DNA of 64,000 nucleotides from the human T2T-CHM13v2.0 reference genome, Homo sapiens, in NCBI RefSeq assembly GCF_009914755.1, contig NC_060944.1. One strand, written 5' to 3'. A program made the translations under genes and the position numbers. Under the pieces are notes generated by a model, which saw only the letters and a program-made list of their open reading frames with translations, ran no database searches and was not told the DNA's origin. Positions 1 through 12,800 of this stretch are shown one piece after another. Numbering within the stretch: position 1 is the first letter of the stretch; the number at the start of each line of letters is the position of its first letter.

Positions 1-3000
1 TGAGATCAATGCACACATAAAAAATTAGTTTCTCAGAATGCTTCTGTCTACTTTTTATGTGAAGATATTACTTTTTCACCATAGGTCTCAAACCGTAAAC
101 AAATATTCCTTTGCAGATTGCACAAAAAGTATGCTTCCACACTGCTCAATAAACAGAAAGGTTCAACTCAGTGAGATGAATGCATACATCACAAAGAGTT
201 TTCTGAAAATGCTTCTATCTGGGTTTTAGGTGAAGATATTTACTTTTTCACTATAGGCCTCAAACCACTCACAAATGTCCCTTTGCAGATTCTACAAAAT
301 GAATTGTTGCCAAACTGCTCAATGAAAAGCAAGGTCCAAATCTGTGAGATGAAAGCATGCATCACAAAGAAGTTTCTCAGAAAGTTTCTGTCTAGTTTTT
401 ATATGCAGCTATTTCCTTTTTCAACCATAGGCCTCAAAGCACTCCAAATATCCATTTGCAAATTCTACAAAAAGAGTGTTTCCAAATTGCTCAATCAAAA
501 CAGAGGTTTAACTCTGTGAGGTGAATGCACACAGCACAAAGTAGTTTTTCAGAAAGCTTCTGTCTAGTTTTTATGTAAAGACATTTCCTATTTCACCATA
601 GGCCCCAATGGGCTCACAAATATCCCTTTACAGATTCTATAAAAGGACTCTTTCCAAACTTCTCAATCCAAGGAAAGTTTCAACTCTCTGATGTGAATGC
701 AGACTTCACAAAGAAGTTTCTCAGAATGCTTCTGTCTAGTTTTTATGTGAAGATATTTCCTGTTCACCATAGGCCTAAAATGCTGCAAATATCCATCTTC
801 AGATTCTACAAAAAGACTGTTTCCAAACTGCTCAATCAAAAGAAAAGTTCAACTCTGTGAGATGAAAACACACGTCACAAAGAAGTTTCTCAGAAAGCTT
901 CTGTTTAGTTTTTTTTGTGAAGATATTCCCTATTTCACCATAGGCCTGAAAGGGCTCACAAATATCCTTTTGCATATTCTACAAAAAGACTGCTTCCAAA
1001 CTGCTCAATCAAAAGAGAGGTTCAACTCTGTGTGATGAATGCACACATTACAAAGAAGTTTCTCAGAATGCTTTTGTCTAGGTTTTATGTGAAGATATTT
1101 CTCTATCACAATAGACCTCAAATGGCTCAGAAATATCCCTTTGCAGATTGTACAAAAAGACTGTTTCCAAACTGCTCAATGAAAAGAAAGTTTCAACACT
1201 GTGAGATGAATGCACACATCACAAAGGAGTTTCTCAGAAAGCTTCTGTTTAGCTTTCATGTGAAGATATTTCCTTTTTCACCATAAGCCTCAATGGGCTC
1301 AGAAATATCCCTTTGCAGATTCTATGAAAGGACTGCTTATTAAACTGCTCAATCTAAAGAAAGTTTCAACTCTGTGGGATGAATGCACACATCATAAACA
1401 AGTTTCTCACAATGGATCTGTCGGCTTTTTATGTGAAGATATATTCTTTTTAACCACAGGCCTTAAACCGCTCATGAATATTCCTCTGCAGATACTACAA
1501 AAAGACTGTTTCCAAACTGCTGCATCCAAAGAAATGTTCATCTTCGTGAGATGAATACACACATCACAAAGAAGTTTCTCAGAATGCTTCTCTCTGGTTT
1601 TCATTTGAAGATATTTCCTTTTTCACCATAGGCCTCAAAGTGTTCCAAATATCCATTTACAGCCTCTACAAAAAGAGTGTTTCCAAACCGCTCTTTCAAA
1701 AGATAGGTTCATCTCTGTGAGATGAAAGTACACATCACAAAGTAGTTTCTCAGAAAGCTTCTGTCTAGTTTTTATGTGAAGATATTTCCTTTTTTACCAT
1801 AGGCCATAAAGGGCTCACAAATATTTTTTGCAAATACTACTAAAAGAATTTTTCCAAACTGCTCAATCCAAAGAAAGTTTCAACTCTGTGAGATGAATGG
1901 ACACATCACAGAGAAGTTTATCAGAATGCATCTGTCCAGTTTTTATGTTCACATAAAATATTTATGTGATAAATATTTTATGTGTGATATTTATTTAGGC
2001 CTCGATGGGCTCAGAAATATCCCTTTGCAGATTCTAAAAAAGGACTGTTTCCAAACTGCTCAATCTAAAGAAAGGTTCACCTCTGTGAGTTGAATGCACA
2101 CATCACAGAGAAGCTTCCCAGAATGCTTCTGTCTAGTTTTTATGTGAAGTTATTTCCTTTTTCAGCATAGGCCTCAAACCGCTCACAAATATTCCTCTGC
2201 AGATACAATAAAAGGACTGTTTCCAATCTACTATATCAAAAGATAGGCTCAACAACATGAGATGAATGCACACGTCACAAAGAAGATTCTCAGAATGCTT
2301 CCATCTAGTTTTTATGTGAAGATATTTACTTTTTAACCATAGGCCTCAAAACACTCCAAACATCCATTTGCAGATTCCACAAAAAGACTGTTTCCAAACT
2401 GCTCAATCAAAAGAAAGGTTCAACTCTGTGAGATGAAAGCACACATCAAAAAGAAGTGTCTCGGAAAGCTTCTGTCTAGTTTTTATTTGAGGATATTTCC
2501 TATTTCACCACAGACCTCAAAGGAATCACAAGTATCCCTTTGAAGATTCTACAAAAAGACTGTTTCCGAACTGCTCAATGAAAAGAAAGTCTCAACTCTG
2601 TGAGGTGAACGCACACATAAAAAAGAAGTTTCTCAGAATGCTTCCGTCTAGTTTTTATGTGAAGATATTACTTTTTCACCATAGGCCTCAAACCGCTCAG
2701 AAATATCCCTTTGCACATTGTATAAAAAGACTGTTTATAGACTGCTCAAAGAAAAGAAAGATTCATCTCTGTGAGAGGAATGCACACACACAAAAGAAGT
2801 TTCTCAGAATGCTTCTGTATAGTTTTTATGTGAAGATATTTTATTTTTCACCATAGGCCTTTAACTGTTCACAAATATCCCCCTGCAGATACTACAAAAA
2901 GACTGTTTCCAAACTGCTCCAAGAAAAGAAAGGTTCAACTATGCGAGATGAAGGCACACATCACAAGGAAATTTCTCAGAATGATTCTGTCTAGTTTTTA

Positions 3001-5284
3001 TGTGAAGATAATTCTTTTTCCCCATAGGCATCAAATGGCTCAGAAATATCCCTTTGCAGGTTGTACAAAAAGATGGTTTCCAATCTGCTCAATCAAAAGA
3101 AAGGATCAGCTCTGTGATATGAATCCACACATCACAAAGAAGTTTCTCAGAAAGCTTCTTTTTAGCGTTTTTGTGAAGATATTTCCTTTTTCACCATAGG
3201 CCTAAAAGAGCTGCAAATATCCATTTGCAGATTCTACAAAAAGAATGTTTCCAAACTGCTCAATCAAAAGAAAAGTTCATCTCTGTGAGATGAAAGCACA
3301 CATCACAAAGCATTTTCTCAGAAAGATTCTGTCTTATTTTTATGTGAAGATATTTCCTATTTCACCATAGGCTGTAAAGGGCTCACAAATATCCATTTGC
3401 ATATTCAAAAAAAAAGACTCTTTCTAAACTGCTCAAACAAAAGAAAGGTTCAACCCTGTGAGATGAATGCACACATCAGAAACAAGTTTCTCAGAATGCT
3501 TCTGTCTAGTTTTGATGTGAAGATATTTCTTTTTCACCATCGGCCTCAAATGGCTCAGAAATATCCTTTTGCAGATTTTACAAAAGACTGTTTCCAAACT
3601 GCTCAATCAAAAGAAAGATTCAACTCTATGAGATGAATGCACACATCACAAGAAGCTTCTCAGAAAGCTTCTGTTTGGTTTTTATTTGAAGATATTTCCT
3701 TTTTCACCATAGGCCTCAATGGGCTCAGAAATATCCCTTTGCAGATTCTACAAAAGGACTGTTTAGAAAACTGCTGAATCCAAAGAAAGATTCAACTCTG
3801 TGAGATGAATGCACACATCACAAAGAAGTTTCGCAGAATGCATCTGTCTAGTCTTTATGTGAAGTTATTTCTTTTTTGACCATAGGCCTCAAAGCACTCC
3901 AAATACCCATTTGCAGATTCTACAAAAAGAGTTTTTCCAAACTGCTCAATCAAAAGAAAGGTTCAACTCTGTGACACGGAAGCACATGCCACAAAGAAGT
4001 TTCTCAGAATGCTTCTGTCTAGTTTTTTTGTGAAGATATTTCCTATTTCACCTTCGGCCATATAAGGCTCAAAAATATTTTTTGCAGATTCTACAAAAAG
4101 ACTTTTTGCAAACTGCTCAATCCAAAGAAAGTTTTAACTCTGTGAGATGAATGGACACATCACAAAATAGTTTATCAGAATGCTTCTGTCTAGTTTTTAT
4201 GTGAAGACATTTCTTTTTCACCCTAGGCTTCAATGGGCTCAGAAATATCCCTTTGCAGATTCTACAAAAGGACTGTTTCCAAACTGCTCAATCAAACAAA
4301 GGTGCAACACTATGAGATGAATGCACACATGGCAGAGATGTTTCTCACAATGCTTCTGTCTATTTTTTATGTGAAGGTATTTCCTGTTTCACCATGGGCA
4401 TCAAAGCACTCCAAACATCCATTTGCTGATTCCACAAAAAGACTGTTTCCAAGCTGCTCAATCAAAAGAAAGGTACAACTCCGTGAGTTGAAAGCACACA
4501 TCACAAAGAAGTTTCTCAGAAAGCTTCTGTCCAGTTTTTATGTGAAGATATTTCCCTTTTCACCATACCTGTCAAAGCACTCAAAATATCCCTTTGCAGA
4601 TTCTCTGAAAAGACTGTTTCCAAACTTCTCAATCAAAAGAATGGTTCAACTCTGTGAAATGAATGCACACATCAAAAAGAAGTTTCTCTGAAATCTTCTG
4701 TCTAGTTTTTATGTGAAGATATTTCCCTTTTCACCATAGGCCTAAAGCCACTCACAAATATCCCTTTGCAGATTTTACAAGAACAGAGTTTCCAGACTCA
4801 TCAAAGAATAGAAACTTTTATCTCTCTGAGATAAGTGCACATCTTACAGAACAGCTTCTCAGAAAAATTCTTTATAGTTTTTATTGAAGATATTTCCTTT
4901 TTCACCATAGGCGTCATAGAGCTGACAAATATCCCTTTGCAGAGTCTACAAAAAGTCTGTTTACAAACTGCTCAATCAAAAGAATGGTTCAACTCTGTGA
5001 GATAAATGCACTCATCACAAAGAGATTTCTCAGAAATCTTCTGTCTAGTTTTTATGTGAAGATATTTCCTTTCTCACCATAGGCCTCAAAGCACTCATAA
5101 ATATCCCTTTGCAGATTCTACAAGTAGACAGTTTTCAAACTGCTCAGCAAAAAGACTGTTTCAACTCTGTGAGATGAATGCACACATGACAGGGGGGTTT
5201 CTCAGAGAACTTCTGTCTATTTATTATGTGAAGGTATTTCCTTTTTCACCAAAGGACTCAAAGCACTCACAAATATCTCCTTGC
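1..5284 (-). repeat. Monomeric alpha satellite (~31 diverged 171-bp monomers), reverse of the CATTCTGAGAAACTTC... orientation
   Basis: ~171-bp periodic recurrence of aagtttctcagaa / ctgtctagtttttatgtgaagatatttcc / ccaaactgctcaatcaaaagaaagg; neighbouring monomers are clearly diverged; no CENP-B box seen. Confidence 0.98.
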
Positions 5285-5298
5285 TTTCTGAAATATCT

Positions 5299-7880
5299 CC
5301 ATTCCTTCTGAAAATATTCCAATCAATAGAAAAAGAGGGAATCCTCCCTAACTCATTTGATGAGGCCAGCATCATCCTGATACCAAAGCCGGATAGACAC
5401 AACCAAAAAAGAGCATTTCAGACCAATATCCTTGATGAACATTGATGCAAAATCCTCAATAAAATACTAGCAAACCGAATCCAGCAGCACATCAAAAAGC
5501 TTATCCACCATGATCAAGTGAGCTTCATCGCTGGGATGCTAGGCTGGTTCAGTATACACAAATCAATAAGTGTAATCCAGCATGTAAAGAGAACCAAAGA
5601 CAAAAACCACATGATTATCTCAATAGATGCAGAAAAGGTCTTAGAAAAAATTCAACAACCCTTCATACTAAAAACTCTCTATAAATTAGGTATTGATGGA
5701 ACATATCTCAAAATAATAAAAGCTATCTATCACAAACCCACAGCCAATATCATACTGAATGGGCAAAAACTGGAAGCGTTCCCTTTGAAAACAGGCACAA
5801 GACAGGGATGCCCTCTCTCACCACTCCTATTCAACATAGTGTTGGATGTTCTGGCCAGGACAATTAGGCAGGAGAAGGAAACAAAGGGTGTTCAGTTAGG
5901 AAAAGAGGAAGTCAAATTGTCTCTGCTTGCAGACGACATGATTGTATATCTAGAAAACCCCATTGTCTCAGCCCAAAATCTCCTTAAGCTGATAAGCAAC
6001 TTCAGCAAAGTCTCAGGATACAAAATCAATGTACAAAAATCACAAACATTCTTATAGACCAACAACAGACAAACAGAGAGCCAAATCATGAGTGAACTCC
6101 CATTCACAATGGCTTCAAAGAGAATAAGATACCTAGGAATCCAACTTACAAGGAATGTGAAGGACCTCTTCAAGGAGAAGTACAAACCACTGCTCAAGGA
6201 AATAAAAGAGGATACAAATGGAAGAAAATTCCATGCTCATGGGTAGGAAGAATCAATATCGTGAAAATGGCCATACGGCCCAAGGTAATTTACAGATTCA
6301 ATGCCATCCCCATCAAGCTACCAATGACTGTCTTCACAGAATTGGAAAAAACTACTTTAAAGTTCATATGGAACCAAAAATGAGTCTCCATTGCCAAGTC
6401 AATCCTAAGCCAAAAGAACAAAGCTGGAGGCATCACACTACCTGACTTCAAACTATACTACAAGACTACAGTAACCAAAACAGCATGGAACTGGTACCAA
6501 AACAGAGATATAGATCAAGGGAACAAAAAAGAGCCCTCAGAAATAAGGCCGCGTATCTACAACTATCTGATCTTTGACAAACATGAGAAAAACAAGCAAT
6601 GGGGAAAGGATTCCCTATTTAATAAATGGTGCTGGGAAAACTGGCTAGCCATATGCAGAAAGCTGAAACTGGATCCCTTCCTTAGACCTTATACAAAAAT
6701 CAATTCAAGATGGATTAAAGATTTAAACATTAGACTTAAAACCATAAAAACCCTAGAAGAAAACCTAGGCATTACCATGCAGGACATATGCATGTGCAAG
6801 GACTTCATGTATAAAACACCAGAAGCAATAGCAACAAAAGCCAAAATTGACAAATCAGACCTAATTAAACTAAAGAACTTCTGCACAGCAAAAGGAACTA
6901 TCATCAGAGTGAACAGGCAACCTACAAAATGGGAGAAAATTTTTGCAACCTACTCATCTGACAAAGGGCTAATTTCCAGAATCTACAATGAACACAAGCA
7001 AATTTACAAGAAAAAAAATAACAACACCATCAAAAAGTGAGCGAAGGACATGAACAGACACTTCTCAAAAGAAGACATTTATGCAACCAAAAAACACATG
7101 AAAAAATGCTGACCATCACTGGCCATCAGAGAAAAGCAAATCAAAACCACAATGAGATACCATCTCACACCAGTTAGAATGGCAATCATTAAAAAGTCAG
7201 GAAACAACAGGTGCTGGAGAGGATGTGGACAAATAGGAACACCTTTACACTGTTGGTGGGACTGTAAACTAGTTCAACCGTTGTGGAAGTCAGTGTGGCA
7301 ATTCCTCAGGGATCTAGAACTAGAAATACCATTTGACCCAGCCATCCCATTACTGGGTATATACCCAAAGGACTATAAATCTTGCTGCTGTAAAGACACA
7401 TGCACACGTATGTTTATTGCAGCATTATTCACAATAGCAAAGACTTGGAACCAACTCAAATGTCCAACAATGATAGACTGGATTAAGAAAATGTGGCACA
7501 TATACACCATGGAATACTATGCAGCCATAAAAAATGATGAGTTCATGTCCTTTGTAGGGACATGGATGAAATTGGAAATCATCATTCTCAGTAAACTATC
7601 GCAAGAACAAAAAACCAAACACTGCATATTCTCACTCATAGGTGGGAATTGAACAATGAGAACACATGGACACAGGAAGGGGAACATCACACTCCGGGGA
7701 CTGTTGTGGGGTGGGGGGAGGGGGGAGGGATTGCATTGGGAGATATACCTAATGCTAGATGACGAGTTAATGGGTGCAGCACACCAGCACGGCACATGTA
7801 TCCATATGTAACTAACCTGCCCATTGTGCACATGTACCCTACAACTTAAAGTATAATAATAATAAATAAAAGAAAAAAAA
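5299..7880 (+). mobile_element. 5'-truncated LINE-1 (L1PA2/L1PA3-type), ~2.6 kb, disrupted ORF2 (RT to C-terminal CCHC region) + 3'UTR + poly(A)
   Basis: ORF 5518-6057 has L1 RT motifs ([28 protein letters not shown]). ORF 7152-7652 is the ORF2 C-terminus (CWRGC..H..C, ending SLIGGN). The 3'UTR has the G-rich tract and 'gatgacgagtt' (GAG, not L1HS ACA/ACG). ORF2 is broken by stops and frameshifts; no TSD. Confidence 0.97.
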
Positions 7881-8403
7881 ACTACACAGAAGCATTCTGA
7901 GAAAGTATTTTGTGATGTGTGTATTCAACTCACAGTGTTGAACATACATTTTGATAGACCAGTTTTGAAACTCTGTTTTTGTAGAATCTGTAAGTGGATA
8001 TTTGGAGCCTTTTGCAGCCTATGGTGGAAAAGGAAATATCTTCACATGAAAACAACACAGAAGCATTCTGAGAAACCTCTTTGTGATGTGTGCATTCATC
8101 TCACAGATTTTAATCTTTCATTTGATTGAGCAATTTTGAAACACTGTTTTTGTAGAATCTGCAAGTGGATATTTGGAGCGCTTTGAGGCTTATGTTGGAA
8201 AACGAAATATTTTCACATAAAAACCTCACAGAAGCATTCTGAAAAACTTCTTTGTGATGTGTGCATTATACTCTCAGAGTTGAACCTATCTTTTGATAGA
8301 GCAGTTTTGAAAGTCTCTTTTTGTAATGTCTGCAAGTTGATATTTGGAGCTGTTTACAGCCTAAGGTGGAAAAGGTAATATCTCCACATAAAAACTACAC
8401 AGA
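7877..8403 (+). repeat. Three alpha satellite monomers between two L1s
   Basis: cattctgagaaa..tttgtgatgtgtgcattc..gtggatatttggagc repeated at ~171 bp. Confidence 0.97.
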
Positions 8404-9804
<1,401 letters not shown>

Positions 9805-12800
9805 AAAAACTACACAGAGCCATTCTGCGAAATTTCTTTGTGATGTGGGCATTCATCTCACAGAGTTGAAACTTTCATTTGATTGATCAGTTTTGAAACA
9901 ATCTTTTTGTAGAATCTGCAAGTGGATATTAGGAGTGCTTTGAGGCCTATGGTGGAAAAGGAAATATCTTCACATAAAAACTACACGGAAGCATTCTGAG
10001 AAACTTCATCATGATACGTACATTCAACTCTCAGAGTTGAACCCATCTTTTGATAGAGCAGTTTTGAAACTCACTTTTGTAGAGACTGCATGTGGATAGT
10101 TGTAGCGCTTTGAGGCCTATGTTGGAAAAGGAAATATCTTCACCTAAGAACTACACAGAAGCATTCTGAGAATCTCCTTTGTGATGTGTGCATTCATCTC
10201 ACAGAGTTGAACCTATCTTTTGATAGAGCAGTTTTGCACTCTCTTTTTGTAGAATCTGCAAGTGGATAATTGGAGCCTTTTGCAGCCTATTTTGGAAAAG
10301 GAAATATCTTCACATAAAAATGACAGAGATGCATTCTGAGAAACCTCTTTATGCTGTGTGCATTCAATTCACAGAGTTGAAACTATCTTTTGATAGAGTA
10401 GTTTTGAAACCCTCTTTTTCTAGAATCTGGAAGTGGGTATTTAGAGCTCTTTGCGGCATAAGGTGGAAAAGGAAATATCTTTACATAAAAACTAGACAGA
10501 TGCATTGTGAGAAATTTCTTTGTGATGTGTGCATTCATCTGACAGATTTGAGACTTTCATTTGATTGAGCAGTTTTGAAACACTCCTTTTGTATACTATG
10601 CAAGCGGATATTTGGAGCACATTGAGGCGTATTGTGGAAAAGAAAATATCTTCACATAAAAACTAGACAGAAGAATTCTGAGAAACTTCTTTGTGATGTG
10701 TGCATTCATCTCAAGAGTTGAATCTTTCTTCTGATTGAGCAGACTTGAAACACGCTTTTTATGGAATCTGCAAGTGGATATTTGAAGCGCTTTGAGGCCT
10801 GTGGTGGAAAAGGAAATATCTTAATATAAAAAATACACAGAATCATTCTCAGAAACTTCTTTGTTATGAGTACATTCAACTCACAGAGTTGAAACTGTCT
10901 TTGAATAGAGCAGTTTAGAAACTCTCTTTTTTTAGACTCTGCAATTGGATATTTGGAGCCCTTTACAGCCAACGGTGGAAAAGGAAATATCTTCACATAA
11001 TAACTACACAGAAGCATTCTGGGAAACTTCTTTGTGATGTGTGCATTCTTCTCACATGGTTGAAACTTTCTTTTGATTGAGCAGTTTTGAAACACTCTTT
11101 TTGTATATTATGCAAGTGGATATTTGGAGCGCTTTGAGGCCTATTGTGGAAATGAAAATATCTTCACATAAAAACTTGACAGAAGCATTCTGAGAAACTT
11201 CTTCGTGATGTGTGCGTTCATCTCACAGACTTGAATATTTCTTCTGATTGAGCAGTCTTGAAACACGCTTTTTATGGAATCTACAAGTGGATATTTGAAG
11301 CGCTTTGAGGCCTATTGTGGAAAAGGAAATATCTTCACATAAAAACTACACAGAAGCATTCTGAGAAACTTATTTGTGATGTGTGCATTCATCTCACAGA
11401 ATTGAACTTCTCTTTCGATTGAGCAGTTTTGAAACACTCTTTTTGTAGAATCTACAGTTGGATATTTGGAGCATTTTGAGGACTCTTGTGGAAAAGGAAG
11501 TATCTCCACATAAAAACCACACAGAAGCATTCTGAGAAACTTCTTCTGATGTGTGCATTCATATCACAGAGTTGAACCCTTCTTTTGTTTGAGCAGTTTC
11601 GAGACACTCTTTTTGTAGAATATGCAAGTGGATATTTGGAGCATTTTGAGTCCTATGGTGGAAAAAGAAATACCTTCACATAAAAACTAACAGAAGCATT
11701 CTGAGAAACTTCTTTGTGATGTATGCATTCATCTCACAGCATTGAGATTATCTTTTGATTGAGCAGTTTTGAATCTCCCTTTTGGTAGAATCTGCAAGTG
11801 GATATTTGGAGACCTTTGTGACCGATGGTGGAAAAGGAAATATCTTCCTATGAAAACTACACAGAAGCAAACTGAGAAACTTCTTTGTTACGTTGGCATT
11901 CATTTCACAGAGTTGAAATTTTCATTAGATTGAGCAGTTTTGAAACAGTCTTTTTGTAGAATCTGCAAGTGGATATTTGGAGTGCTTTGAGGCGTATTGT
12001 GGAAAAGGAAATGTCTCCAAAGAAAAACTACACAGAAGCATTCTCAGAAACTATTTTGAGATTTGTGCATTCATCTCACAGAGTTGAACATTTCTTTTGA
12101 TTTAGCAGCTGGAAACAGTTTTTGTAGAATCTCCAAGTGGATATTTGTAACACATTGAGGCCTATTGTGGAAAAGGAAATATTTTCACATAAAAACTACA
12201 CAGAAGAATTCTGAGAAACTTCTTTGTGATGTGTGCATTCATCTCACAGAGGTGAACCTTTCTTTTGATGGAGCAGTTTTGAAACACTCCTTTTACAGAA
12301 TATTCAAGTGGATATTTGGAGCGCTTTGAGACCTATGCTGGAAAAGAAAGTATCTTCACATAAAAACTACACAGAAGCATACTGAGAAACTACTTTGTGA
12401 TGTGTGCATTCATGTCACAGAGTTTAACTTTTCCTTTGATAGAGCAGTTTTGAAACTCTCTTTTTTTAGAATCTGCAAGTGGATATTTAGAGCCCTTTTT
12501 GGCCTATGGTGGAAAAGGAAATATCTTCACATAAAAACTACACAGATGCACTCTGAGAAATTTCTTCATGATGTGTTCATTCATCTCACAGAGTTGAACC
12601 ATTCTTTTGATTGAGCAGTTTTGAAACACTCTTTATGTACAATGTGCAAGTGGATATTTGGAGCGCTTTGAGACCTATGGTGGAAAAGGAAATATCTTCA
12701 CTAAAAACAGCACAAAACTTTCTCAGAAACTTCTTTGTGATGTGTGCATTCAACTCACAGAGTTGTACCTATCTTTTGATAGAGCAGTTTTGAAACTCTC

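Noticed and set aside
5518-7652. Reverse-transcriptase ORFs as a functional or novel RT system
   Set aside because: Ordinary L1 ORF2 fragments with stops and frameshifts; no 5'UTR, ORF1 or endonuclease domain
7706-7729. G-quadruplex-like gtggggtggggggaggggggaggg
   Set aside because: Standard L1PA 3'UTR G-tract
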